Shown here one piece after another: positions 40,263 to 52,373 of a DNA stretch of 64,000 nt. The stretch lies in NCBI GenBank assembly GCA_030141605.1, contig JAQGDQ010000845.1, positions 1 through 64,000 of the forward strand, in the 5' to 3' direction. Within the stretch, counting starts at the first letter, position 1, and each line of letters begins with the position of its first letter. The notes under the pieces were generated by a model. It was not told the origin of the DNA. It saw nothing but the letters and a program-made list of their open reading frames with translations, and made no database searches. The DNA comes from Tubiluchus corallicola (taxonomy: Eukaryota; Animalia; Priapulida). Position numbers and translations under genes: made by a program.

Positions 40263-40980
40263 ACTGTATCAATTTCTTGTCTACAGGTTTGCTTAATCAT
40301 TACCTATTAGACTTTTTGTAAATACATAATTAGTGCATAATTTACTGTATCAATTTCTTGTCTACTGGTCTGCTTAATCATTTACCTATTAGACTTTTTG
40401 TAAATATATAATCAGTGCATAATTTACTGTATCAATTTCTTGTCTACTGGTCTGCTTAATCATTTACCTATTAGACTTTTTGTAAATATATAATTAGTGC
40501 ATAATTTACTGTATCAATTTCTTTTCTACAGGTCTGCTTAATCATTACCTATTTGGCTTTTTGTAAATACATAATTAGTGCATGATTTACAGTATCAATT
40601 TCTTTTCTACAGGTCTGCTTAATCATTACCTATTTGGCTTTTTGTAAATACATAATTAGTGCATGATTTACAGTATCAATTTCTTTTCTACAGGTCTGCT
40701 TAATCATTACCTATTTGGCTTTTTGTAAATATATAATTAGTGCATAATTTACAGTATCAATTTCCTTTCTACTGCTCTGCTTATTCATTTCCTATTTGGC
40801 TTTTGTTAAATACCTAATTGATGCATAATGTTCTAAACTGTAGAATCTGCCTATACAAACTGATTGTATATTTGTAAATATAGCACTGGTGATGACAGCA
40901 GTAGTCTATCGAAACATATGGCATGATTTTAACTATGCAAAGTAAAAGCTTTAATATAATTGTGTTGTCTTAACTATAAT
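40263..40980 (+). mobile_element. Penelope-like terminal fragment with about 7 tandem copies of an 81-82-bp segment
   Basis: Homologous to the right arm 17080-17290; degenerate hammerhead at 40883-40922. Confidence 0.7.
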
Positions 40981-41038
40981 TGTGAACTATTTTTCATAAC
41001 AAACAAAAATAAGATGTATGATTCTTATTGTACAGGTA

Positions 41039-41611
41039 CAGTCAACTTCGGATATAAGTGACATCTCCGGACCAGAAAAAACCGTCCCTTACATCCGATG
41101 TCCCTTATAGCTGAAGTTGAGTCAGACCGAGGATGTATCTAGACCTGTACTTTTCTGTACTTTTACCCATATTTTCATGGATTATTGCTACACATTCAGT
41201 GCAAACGGTATGTAGGAAGCTCCTTCAGTGATGCGAGATGTATGTGACCACGGAAACCGAGCTGTTCGAAGGCAGAGTTTGCAAAAAATTGACGTTAAGT
41301 TAAAAATCGATCAATTTCGCTTTGATTATAGGGTCCCTTATATAGAGGTAATTTACCTGGGTTTCTGTTATGCGGGACCTGAAGATATCATCCCTTATAT
41401 AGAGGTAATTTACCTGGGTTTCTGTTAAGCGGGACCTGAAGATATCGTCCCTTATATTCGAGGTAATTTACCCGGGTTTCTGTTATGCGGGACCTGAAGA
41501 TATCGTCCCTTATATCCGAGTATGTTATATACAAAGATTTTTACATATGAAAAATCGGGACCGATGTTGGTGGTCCCTTATAAGCGAGTACGTTGTACCC
41601 GAGGTTGACTG
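41039..41611. mobile_element. Tc1/mariner-pogo MITE with an internal ~60-bp triplication
   Basis: TA-CAGTCAACTTCGG...CCGAGGTTGACTG-TA. Confidence 0.85.
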
Positions 41612-41827
41612 TATGCTTATTGTACTGAGAAGTGTTAACTCCTTTGTCTTTCTTTAGTAAATGTACTGTACAGGCTTGATTATATACGTACAATATATAT
41701 ATATACAAATCTCTGCTGCAAAGATTTCGCCTACGAATGGAGCCTATGTAACATGTTTTGATAACTCATTGCAGCAAAAGTGTCGCTAACCACTACATGA
41801 CAGGCAGGAAGAAACAGCACAGTGGAC

Positions 41828-42775
41828 ATGGTGCTGAAATTGGCGAAATGGATGAGACTTGCCTTGACAGTGATGCTCTTGGTCATCATGGTAATGATAG
41901 CGGCACACGTAATGTCGGTAAATGACAGTCGTTCCACGGAGGCACTAGACGAGAGCATTGACAAATCATCCGAGTATTTAGCTGCTGAAGAAGAGATCAG
42001 AAAAACGCGAGTCCATGCCATAGACGCTTGTTGGAAGCTGTGGCACGAAAAGCCACCGAAAATGTCCAAGATACAATATCATCATCTGCTAGTGAACGAC
42101 AAGCGAAGGATCATATTCTGTTTTGTTCCACAAGTTGCCAGCGCGAAATGGAGACGAATCATGGCAAGCGAAAGTTCTCATGCGGGAAATACGAGTCCAA
42201 ATCGGACGCAATTTGTTCGACTTCAAACCCTGATGAATTACAACCAGAAGGAACGTAATAGCAGGATGGACACGTATCGCAGGGTCATGTTCGTTAGACA
42301 TCCGTTAGAACGAGTTGTGTTCGCATGGAGAGACGCAATGAAAAACATCAATAAAAGCGAAGCAAACAATCAGAAGACAAGAGATGATAGAGTCGATGGT
42401 TCAAAACCCGTGCAGTTTAACGAATTCGTGCAACGTGTTTTAAATTCTGAATCGGACATGGTGAAGAATCCGCACCAGAAGGCAAGCGTACATTTGGAAT
42501 CGTTTGAGAAGTCGTGTAATCCGTGTCAAATGGACTACGATTATATAGGCAACGCAAATGCTTTCAGAAGAGATTCGCGTGTCATCATCAGTAAATTAGA
42601 CCTCGGTGACGATCACTTATCAATGTTTGGGAAAAATGAGGCGGCAAAACCAAACAACAGAGCAGTCGGTTACTGGGACTACTACAAGGACGTTCCATCG
42701 GGAACGGTGAACAGGTTATGTGACAGATACAAAAATGATATGATCATGTTTAATTATAAATGTGTTCCGCCTTAA
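41828..42775 (+). CDS. Carbohydrate sulfotransferase-like paralog (Sulfotransfer_2), non-canonical active site
   Basis: TM anchor; FCFVPQVASAKWRR; FVRHPLERVVFAWRD; CNPCQMDYDYIG; intact ORF of about 315 aa. Confidence 0.92.
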   Translation: MVLKLAKWMRLALTVMLLVIMVMIAAHVMSVNDSRSTEALDESIDKSSEYLAAEEEIRKTRVHAIDACWKLWHEKPPKMSKIQYHHLLVNDKRRIIFCFVPQVASAKWRRIMASESSHAGNTSPNRTQFVRLQTLMNYNQKERNSRMDTYRRVMFVRHPLERVVFAWRDAMKNINKSEANNQKTRDDRVDGSKPVQFNEFVQRVLNSESDMVKNPHQKASVHLESFEKSCNPCQMDYDYIGNANAFRRDSRVIISKLDLGDDHLSMFGKNEAAKPNNRAVGYWDYYKDVPSGTVNRLCDRYKNDMIMFNYKCVPP

Positions 42776-42883
42776 TTTTACGTGATTTTAAGCTAATAAA
42801 CTTTGTAACAAGAATTCAATTAAAAGAGTAACATAACAGACATGTTAAACCAGTGATTTGTTGTTACGTACACAATAAACAGA

Positions 42884-43418
42884 GTAGATTGCTTGCAGCT
42901 GCACGTACTGCACGTCAAGGTAGTGGTCGTTTAAATAGTACACGTCAAAAGCGAATATACTTTGTCTGTCATGTAGATAGCTTGCAGCAGCACATACTGC
43001 ACATCAAGGAAGTGGTCGTTTAAATAGTACCCGTGAAAAGCGAATATACTTTGCCTGTCACGTAGATTGCTTGCAGCAGCACATACTGCACGTCAAGGTA
43101 GTGGTCGTTTAAATAGTACACGTCAAAAGCGAATATACTTTGCCTGTCACGTAGATTGCTTGCAGCAGCACATACTGCACATCAAGGTAGTGGTCGTTTA
43201 AATAGTACCCGTGAAAAGCGAATATACTTTGTCTGTCATGTAGATCGCTTGCAGCAGCACATACTGCACGTCAAGGTAGTGGTCGTTTGAATAGTACCCG
43301 TGAAAAGCGAATATACTTTGCCTGTCACGTAGATTGCTTGCAGCAGCACATACTGCACGTCAAGGTAGTGGTCGTTTAAATAGTACCCGTGAAAAGCGAA
43401 TATACTTTGCCTGTCACG
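42884..43418. repeat. 89-bp tandem repeat, 6 copies
   Basis: GTAGATTGCTTGCAGCAGCAC, period 89. Confidence 0.96.
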
Positions 43419-43689
43419 TTTTTCAAATTTATAACTATCCATAGTACATTCACTTTTCTCGGTAAGTCGCTAAAATAGTTGTTATTTTATGCAACTTTGA
43501 TTTACGTGTTTCTTTTTGCAACATGTCATGAGCTTAGAGGACTTAGTTCAACTTCAGGACTCGGACCCCATGCAGAAGATTTCAGAGTGACTTGATTTCA
43601 AAGATAGTAAGCTCATTCCACATTTCCATACCCAAAGGAGTTAAAGGCATTTCACGAAAGGGAAAAAGCGTTGTCACATTTGTTTCCTC

Positions 43690-44729
43690 CAGTGGTGGTT
43701 CCTAGTTAAAATTGCCGGGATCGCTGCTTCAGAAAATGTTTAGCCATTGTTTTAATACTGTGTAAAACGTAACAAACATACGTAATTTTAATGTTGTATT
43801 TTGTAATTGTAATTCAGGGATGAGAATGACAAATCGCAAAATACTCTGAAACAGGCCGGGAGTTTTGGGGCCATCTAGGCCTCCAATGGGGCTGAAGGAC
43901 AAAGCCCCCCTAGAGCCAGCAACAAATTGCAATTTTGTGACCATAGAGAGCCTCCTCTAAGTGGACTTAAAATATCAATTACCTTGTTTCATGCACAATT
44001 TAAAATACCCAACTATCAAGGATACATGATACCTAATTGTTTCAAAAACGCCTAACTACTGGCCGCTCCTATGCAAAAGTATATAAAAACTGTCTGTAAT
44101 TGACTCAAATAACTGCGCACAATTGATTCTATATTTTTATACATAGAGATCTACACGTGGTTACACTGATGTACGTGATGTAAACAAAGTGACGACCTGC
44201 CAACTAGCGGTCAGCTTGTGAAATAATGTACTGGGTCCATAAAAATTTCCTCAACGAATTTACGCGATTTACAAAAATGGCACTACTGGTTTTCCAAAAC
44301 CTCGGAATTCTGCGTATCCGCGGAAAATTGAGTCCCTGGTAATTTTAAACAAACAAACATACGAAGTTTTATACATAAACTTGATAAAATTCTAAACAAA
44401 AAATATTTTTTGCTTATTAGCAGCCCAAAAGGTGGCAGTTCAAGCTTGATCCATTCATAGTAAGCTCGTGACAACTGACAACAAACTGTGTGAGCGACAG
44501 TACTTTTTCTACCTGGGCCCAGACATGTGCACATGGCCGCATGCATACAACAACCAAACACAACACTGTGCTGAGCTGTGAAGCAAACAGTACTACTCTC
44601 ACGTGCTCCGGTTCCGTGCAAATACAAAAAAGAACTAAAGAAAAAATATTATATTGAATATTATCTATAATATTGAGTGAAAATAGGGGGTGCTGAAGTT
44701 TCACATTACCTATGCATGAGCCGCCACTG
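43690..44729. mobile_element. hAT non-autonomous element
   Basis: CAGTGGTGGTTC / GAGCCGCCACTG ends, 8-bp TSD GTTTCCTC / GTTTGCTC; inverted relative at about 30530-30995. Confidence 0.75.
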
Positions 44730-44872
44730 GTTTGCTCTAAATATGTGAGCATTCCCGTAATCCAAGAGTCATTGTACTACACCACACAATCAAATCAAGT
44801 ATACATGAAAGTAATCACTACAAAGAGTGTAAACAACGGATCGGCATCATAATAAAGACATAAACAACATAC

Positions 44873-45289
44873 TTTGGTTTTGTGCTGCTGGTGAAAAACC
44901 AATCTCTGCTGACTCGACACGCGGACTTCTCCGAAATTCCTGGGATCAAACGGTCCGTATAAGTGGATGCTTGGTCAACCATCCGTGTCATCGTATCCCT
45001 CCTCGGTGAGCTCTTGGCGGATATTAGAACTTCTTCGTTTTCTTCTCCTTCGTTATTAGCGTGAACTTCGCTTATTTGTCCTTCATTTTTCCGCACTGCT
45101 AACGCCTCTGCGTCGCTGTCCGCGCACGCGGTCATTTGAGGGTGATTTTTTTCCGACGCGGACGAATCGGTTTCGTTAACGTTATCGGCGTCGCGAGGTT
45201 TATGGAAACGCAAGTTGTCGCACTCGTCCGAATAGTTTAACAGGAAATCCTCGCTGTCCATCGTTAAGTCAAAACAGACGTTTTCTTCC
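44873..45289 (-). CDS. HFM1: HFM1 C-terminal low-complexity exon (EENVCFDLTMDSEDFLL...FFTSSTKP)
   Basis: 417-nt open exon, tttacag and GTATGT sites, phase 2 continues exon 47823-47913. Confidence 0.7.
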
Positions 45290-46055
45290 CTGTAAACGAC
45301 AGTAGAAAAATTAGTCACAAACATAATAAAATTAACGTATGTTTACAAAAGTACGTTTACAAAAGTACAAAAATGTGAAAAAAGTCTTTACACAATGTAC
45401 ATTAAATAAATTTCTTACTAAACAAGCTGACAATTTTGCATTACTATTTACTTATTCTAAATATATATCCAATATTTATAATCAATGTATAATCAATTTA
45501 CTATAAGATCATTTTGGGTTAGTTCTTTTACAATATCTATATACATTTTAATTACATTAGTGTCTCTCTTTGTGTAAATGTTTCGAATGTCATTATTTTC
45601 TAAGCTGCGTTCGAGATTCACTCTTATATCTTGTCTAATCAATGGTAACGCACAATGAAAAATGAAATGTTCTGGGGTTTGACTGCCCAAACCGCAAACA
45701 CACAGATCTGAATCAGTTATACCTATCCTGTATTTAAATGATTTGCAACCTCTTCCAAGTAGAAGAGCTGACACACTTGTTTCTATAAATGTGTCATATT
45801 TACTGACGGGTATATCTAATGGTGTTGTAAATACAGGAATTAACTCTCGTGGATTACCGGTCAACTGGTTTACATGTTGTATTTTTCAACTCCATAAAAC
45901 TTTGATGTATTTGTCCACTTCATTTTTATTATATTTGACGTTTGTGTTGTCCAAATTACCGACCGTCAACGTATCATTACGGGCAATTTCTACACCTTTT
46001 GTAATCTTTAAAAAATTTAACTTTTTTATGTGATTAGCCAAAAAATGATAAAAGT

Positions 46056-47178
46056 ATTGGCCCAGATTCCGCAGCTGATCAATAAGTTGAATTTCACACC
46101 TAACTACATCATCCTCTGGTTTATCTAATGCTTTCATTGGCCCAGATTACGCAGCTGATCAATAAGTTGAATTTCACACCTAACTACATCTTCCTCTGGT
46201 TTATCTAATGCTTTCATTGGCCCAGATTACGCAGCTGACCAATAAGTTGAATTTCACACCTAACTACATCATCCTCTGGTTTATCTAATGCTTTCATTGG
46301 CCCAGATTACGCAGCTGATGAATAAGTTGAATTTCACACCTAACTACATCATCCTCTGGTTTATCTAATGCTTTCATTGGCCCAGATTACGCAGCTGATC
46401 AATAAGTTGAATTTCACACCTAACTGCATCATCCTCTGGTTTATCTAATGCTTTCATCGGCCCAGATTACGCAGCTGCTCAGTAAGTTGAATTTCACACC
46501 TAACTACATCATCCTCTGGTTTATCTAATGCTTTCATTGGGCCAGATTACGCAGCTGATCAATAAGTTGAATTTCACACCTAACTACATCATCCTCTGGT
46601 TTATCTAATGCTTTCATTGGCCCAGATTACGCAGCTGATCAATAAGTTGAATTTCACACCTAACTACATCATCCTCTGGTTTATCTAATGCTTTCATTGG
46701 CCCAGATTACGCAGCTGATGAATAAGTTGAATTTCACACCTAACTACATCATCCTCTGGTTTATCTAACGCTTTCATTGGCCCAGAGTATGCAGTTAATG
46801 AATAAGTTGAATTTCACACCTAACTACATCATCCTCTGGTTTATCTAATGCTTTCATTGGCCCAGATTATGCAGCTGATGAATAAGTTGAATTTCACACC
46901 TAACTACATCATCCTCTGGTTTATCTAATGCTTTCATTGGCCCAGATTCAGCAGCTGATGAATAAGTTGAATTTCACACCTAACTACATCATCCTCTGGT
47001 TTATCTAATGCTTTCATTGGCCCAGATTAAGCAGCTGATGAATAAGTTGAATTTCACACCTAACTACATCATCCTCTGGTTTATCTAATGCTTTCATTGG
47101 CCCAGATTACGCAGCTGATGAATAAGTTGAATTTCGCACCTAACTACATATTCCTCTGGTTTATCTAATGCTTTCATT
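46056..47178. repeat. 80-bp tandem repeat, 14 copies, derived from LINE coding sequence
   Basis: Unit encodes MKALDKPEDDVVRCEIQLIDQLRNLGQ on the - strand; the LINE reading frame continues on both sides. Confidence 0.97.
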
Positions 47179-47293
47179 AAAAATTTGCTGACAATAGACG
47201 AGTACAGTATATCGATTGGGGGTAAACCACATATTAATTCTAATTCAGTTTTAGGCGGATTGTATTTAACGCCAACGGCTGTTTTGAGTATAT

Positions 47294-47701
47294 TGTTACG
47301 AAGGCAGATTATGACCAACCCCCTAATGTTAGTAATGGGTATGGTTGAGAAGCCCAGTAATGCAAATGTACCTGTATAAAACAGAATGCATGCCGTAATT
47401 TGACGATTCCAACCTGGCCTTTCTGTCTGTAAAGGTGAATGCTGTAGGTTTGCTGATTTTTATACCAAAGTCTGTTCACATGTCATTCTTTTGGAGTTAC
47501 CGGTTGTGCAATAAAGTTTAAATTAAGCTCGCATTCCGTATCTTTTTACTTTTCTCGTCTGCTGTAAAGTATTTCAGAACTTGTATGCCGCTCTATACAT
47601 CCTGAGACGGATCCGCACTGGAACCCGGATCCGTTACACTGGTGTCAGAAGTGGGATACATTCTGAGGAGACGGATCCGCACTGGGACCGGATCCGTTAC
47701 A
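47294..47701 (+). mobile_element. Solo LTR (Gypsy-like), copy 2
   Basis: TGT...ACA ends, 4-bp TSD ATAT, TATAAAA at about 47375 and AATAAA at about 47510. Confidence 0.87.
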
Positions 47702-47822
47702 ATATCATATATAAGGTCGTCGAAAGCCTGTAGTTTCGAATCTAGCCAGGATGTAGCGGCATACAATACTAACTATTCCAACAAAGAATTAAGCCAACTA
47801 ATTAGGAGGAGAAGGACATTAC

Positions 47823-47913
47823 CCGGGTTTTACGTTGATGTTGTCCTGAAGATGTTGACCACCAGGTGACTTCCATGCCAAAACCTTGCCTTGTCTCCTC
47901 TCCGGAACCACAC
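47823..47913 (-). CDS. HFM1: HFM1 exon (GVVPERRQGKVLAWKSPGGQHLQDNINVKP)
   Basis: ttctag and GTAATG sites; phase 1 to 2 links the neighbouring exons. Confidence 0.7.
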
Positions 47914-48331
47914 CTAGAAGAGTCAATGAAGCTCATTCATCAACATTAATCAGTCAAGACTAGATCAAACTGACCAGTTAAAGCACAAGTCAACACTTTT
48001 CATAAACAAAGCTCAAAAAATTCGTCTTACTGAATGTTTTGAAGAAATGCGAAAAAAAACAATGGCGGACTTTAACAGTGATTTTTTCAAAGTTGTTTTT
48101 CAGTGTGCAGCCTGCACCTCAACTTCAATGTGGATTATCTCAACTTAGAAACAACATAGAGAGATGAACTTGGTATCAAAATTTTCCTCATGAAATGGAG
48201 ATTCAGGATATGTGAATAAGTAGAAAAGCTTAATTGCTGACTTATAGACGATGTTGCTATGCAAGCACACATATGTTACTAAAATAATGACATACTCATA
48301 ACGACTCATTAATAACCACAGGTACACTTAC

Positions 48332-48486
48332 CTAATGACCTTGCTGCCTCTGAATCATGATATTTAGCACCTAGGTTGTCACCATCAACAGCAATGAGAA
48401 TATCATCAAAATCATCATCATCAATATCATCCCAGTCGTCCAAACCAAAAGTGCCAAGTGAAAAATCAACTTCAGATGGTGAACTG
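48332..48486 (-). CDS. HFM1: HFM1 exon (SSPSEVDFSLGTFGLDDWDDIDDDDFDD...)
   Basis: ttttctag and GTAAGT sites; phase 2 to 1; acidic WDD motif as in the vertebrate HFM1 tail. Confidence 0.8.
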
Positions 48487-48554
48487 CTAGAAAAGACAAA
48501 GATTGAATGAAATTCCGTAATGCCAATTCTAAGACGATGTTGTTGCCTTTAGCC

Positions 48555-49708
48555 AAGAAACCACAGCTAATGTACTTTATCTTGATGTCAGGAAACCACA
48601 GTTAATGTCCTTTATCTTGATGCCAAGTAAGCATGGTTAATGTCCTTTATCTTGGTGCCAAGAAACCACAGTTAATGTCCTGTATCTTGATGCCAAGAAA
48701 CCACAGTAATGTCCTTTATCTTGATGCCAAGAAACCACGGTTAATGTCCTTTATCTTGAACGTCAAAAACCATGGTTAATGTCCTTTATCTTGAACGCTA
48801 AGAAACCACAGCTAATGTCCTTTATCTTGTTGCCAAGAAACCACAGCTAATGTCCTTTATCTTGACACCAAGAAACCATGGTCAATGTCCTTTATCTTGA
48901 TGCCAAGAAACCATGGTCAATATCCTTTATCTTGAATGCTAAGAAACCACAGCTAATGTCCTTTATCTTGATGCCAAGCAACCACAGCTAATGTCCTTTA
49001 TCTTGATGCCAAGCAACCACAGCTAATGTCCTTTATCTTGATGCCAAGAAACCACGGTTAATGTCCTTTATCTTGAACGCCAAAAGCCATGGTTAATGTC
49101 CTTTATCTTGAACGCTAAGAAACCACAGCTAATGTCCTTTATCTTGTTGCCAAGAAATCACAGCTAATGTCCTTTATCTTGACACCAAGAAACCATGGTC
49201 AATGTCCTTTATCTTGATGCCAAGAAACCATGGTCAATATCCTTTATCTTGAATGCTAAGAAACCACAGCTAATGTCCTTTATCTTGATGCCAAGCAACC
49301 ACAGCTAATGTCCTTTATCTTGATGCCAAGCAACCACAGCTAATGTCCTTTATCTTGATGCCAAGAAACCACGGTTAATGTCCTTTATCTTGAACGCCAA
49401 AAGCCATGGTTAATGTCCTTTATCTTGAACGCTAAGAAACCACAGCTAATGTCCTTTATCTTGTTGCCAAGAAATCACAGCTAATGTCCTTTATCTTGAC
49501 ACCAAGAAACCATGGTCAATGTCCTTTATCTTGATGCCAAGAAACCATGGTCAATATCCTTTATCTTGAATGCTAAGAAACAACAGCTAATGTCCTTTAT
49601 CTTGATGCCAAGCAACCACAGCTAATGTCCTTTATCTTGATGCCAAGAACACCTCAGTTAATGTCCTTTATCTTGATGCCAAGAAACCACAGTAAAGTCC
49701 TTTATCTT
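48555..49708. repeat. 35-bp satellite with a 317-bp higher-order repeat
   Basis: Variant unit AAGAAACCACGG recurs at 48729, 49046, 49363. Confidence 0.95.
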
Positions 49709-49739
49709 ATGTCTTAATGTTTGTCGGGATGGAAAGAGG

Positions 49740-49960
49740 AGTGATTATCGCACTTAGCTACCAAAGCCAAGGTTCCGAGTTCAAATCACGCTTTGGGTTT
49801 TACGAGTCATTATTCGTTTACTGCACGAATAAGGCTTTCTAGCCACCTACCTAGGCCTGATCAGTCTTAGCACTCTTAACTGAGTACCTGATCTTGCACT
49901 GAGGATTTCGCAAACAATAGTTATAAAATTGAGCCTTAAAATGAAGAGACGACAGCATAT
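49740..49960 (+). mobile_element. Degenerate tRNA-derived SINE
   Basis: B-box-like GAGTTCAAATC followed by SINE-core-like TAACTGAGTACCTG. Confidence 0.4.
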
Positions 49961-50503
49961 TTTTGAAAGTGCTTATTCTCGTTCACTGAATTCGCTTGTT
50001 GAATACATAGGAAGTGCATTTCTCAATGAAACCTCAACATTTAACTATTCAGTCTGTCACCCACGGGTCAAAGGTCAGCCAATCTAGGCATAAGTTATAC
50101 CATTCAGTTTGTCTCAGTGAGACGTTTCATCTGAGACACAACAACCTACTTTTGGTAGACCCTGGAAGGCATTTGCCTCCTCGACCCCTAGTTTGCCCCT
50201 GTGTAACAGGTTAATCATACACACTGTCACCTATGCCATTCAATTCGCCTCATCACGACCTTTCATTTGGTATGCTACGCGGTACTATTCATGCACACTC
50301 GGTGCACCTGTTCCCCCCGACCCCCATTTTTTGGTTTTTGCCCCCCCCCCGCGGAAAATTGTCCTAAATGCGCATGTCCCATATTTTGTGGTGTGCAAGG
50401 CTAGGACACCACTAGCAATACGCCAAACTACGGGAGCAGATGGATCCTAAAGAAAAATAAAGGCCCTAGCTCTCAGCATGTAAAAGGTCACCCAATTCCC
50501 AAA

Positions 50504-50506
<3 letters not shown>

Positions 50507-50566
<60 letters not shown>

Positions 50567-50577
50567 GTAATAATAAT
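50507..50577. repeat. (AAT)n microsatellite
   Basis: Seen directly. Confidence 0.97.
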
Positions 50578-50826
50578 TTTAATGCCCGAAATTCATATAA
50601 AAATATGTCGTATATACATTCAAAATTCACACAATGATGCACGATCACGCATACAATTAAGTGCTTAAAAGATCAACACTACTACATTATACAGACACAG
50701 ATTAAAATAACAAAGTTTAAAAGCTTCGACGAATAAAAATGTTTCAATTTGACGTTTAAAAACAGCAATACTTCTGTCTAAATGGATTGCAGTAGTGCGT
50801 TTTTTCATCAGTACTGTCTAACCTGT

Positions 50827-51367
50827 TGTTGGCATCCTTCTGTCTTGGAAGACAATGGAGTGTGCGCCAAGAGAGTCAGTTATTGATCACATTGATGGAG
50901 CTGCAGCGTCGACTGTGGCTGAGCGGTGCGATCCTTGAACGTCTCCTGGGCGCACGCCTGGGCAAGGTGTATGGAGATCCTGAGTTGCCCAGACAACAGG
51001 AACCCCCTCTCTTCTTCCCTGGTGTAGTCCAAAGGAAAGTGGAGCGATACGTTTGGCACCAGGTTGGCTGCAGGAGCTGCCGGAGTCAGTGAGCATGCTG
51101 CACTGGTCCGCCTTCGGAGCTCTACTCGTGATTTGGAAGGTTTACTCCTCTACACATGGCCGTTGGGTCGCTTGACCTCCTCCGCCCTCTAGCCATTGGC
51201 TGCTTGTGCAGCTCCTCCGCCTAGTGTCGAGATACAGTGTGGGCATCCCGCAAGCCTACGGCACCTGGCATTCCTAGGCGGTCACCCATCGAAGTACTAA
51301 CCAGGCTCTACGTTGCTTAACTTCAGTGATCAGGCGAGAACCGGTGTTTTCAACGTGATTTGGCCGT
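50827..51367 (-). mobile_element. 5S rRNA-derived SINE (SINE3), copy 1
   Basis: 5S head, body of about 425 bp, CAA tail; TSD GTCTAACCTGT at 50816 and 51366. Confidence 0.9.
51252..51367 (-). rRNA. 5S rRNA-like sequence (SINE head, probably not a functional rRNA gene)
   Basis: ACGGCCAAATCACGTTGAAAACACCGGTTCTCG...GATGGGTGACCGCCTAGGAATGCCAGGTGCCGTAGGCTT; no T-run terminator. Confidence 0.75.
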
Positions 51368-51410
51368 CTAACCTGTAAACTCTGTATTAACAAACTTCGA
51401 ATCATCATAC

Positions 51411-51486
51411 CTGCAGGTATATTTTGACTGTTTTGCATCACTTTGCTTATCTATCTGATTATTCGGAAACTTCCCACGGTGAAAAC
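51411..51486 (-). CDS. HFM1: HFM1 exon (GFHRGKFPNNQIDKQSDAKQSKYTC)
   Basis: Canonical splice sites, phase 1 to 2. Confidence 0.75.
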
Positions 51487-52033
51487 CTGTTAAATTTAAA
51501 AAAAATATATAGCAAATTGCCACTTTGACAGCAACACATAAATAGGCAACTTTGCATTTTGTTTGTTAAAGCAACATTTGTTTATTTAATCTTATTTCGC
51601 GTTTATTTCAATATATAACAAGTACCGTAGTACAGCAAACAAAAACTTAAAAAATAGAAATAGTGATCTAAAAATAAAGTCATTATTTACAAGACAAACA
51701 AAAATAAATATTTACACAAATAACAGAGGATTCGTGAGCTAAATGTTTTTAAACAGGGTTAGAAAGTGTATATTACCAATGGGCAGATTTTTAAAAATGA
51801 CATGAGCCTTACAAATAAAACTGCGTATGACTATTGTATGTCAAGCTGCAAAGATGTTTAGATAAAAAGCCCAAATGTACTGCAAATTTTAAAACAATTT
51901 ATAAAGTATTTTTGTGTATGTTTTTTTTCAATCAACAGCATTTTTTGCAATCATAGTTGCATTTATTCACAGACAAGAACTACATTCGAGCAAGTTTGCC
52001 CTTTTTGCTTTTCAAGAACTGTTTTGCAAATAC

Positions 52034-52373
52034 CTGTGAGTTCTGCGACATCGCACGAATCAAACGAATTCAAGTCTTTGTCAAAACCTTGAGCCAACAT
52101 CTTCCGGTGTTGCCAAAAATTATCCAATTCCTCCCAGCCGGAAGATGCATTCGCGGTACCGCTCCGATCAACTACAATCGAGGGTGTGGGTTGGGGAATT
52201 TGACGAGGGTGGATGCGTGGTTTAAGTGCGCACGATAAGTTAACAGTGGGCGTAGGACGTGCACCCGATTTGAGGTTTGTGTTAGCACTCTGCAATGACT
52301 TAAGCGATTCTACCTTATTCTTTGGATTGTAAGCATACTGTTCCAAGTTGACTGATTTAAGTTGATTGTTTGC
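52034..52373 (-). CDS. HFM1: HFM1 exon (ANNQLKSVNLEQYAYNPK...DVAELT)
   Basis: 340 nt open, phase 0 to 1; start resembles the HFM1 SVDLKEFGFTPK region. Confidence 0.85.

Larger units (their letters stand above)
45400..47770 (-). mobile_element. 5'-truncated I-group (Nimb/Ingi/R1-like) LINE interrupted by a solo LTR and a satellite
   Basis: Reconstructed VLYAATSW...ILKTAVGVKYNPPKTELELICGLPPIDI...CVCGLGSQTPEHFIFHC (RT thumb plus C-terminal zinc knuckle). Confidence 0.8.
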
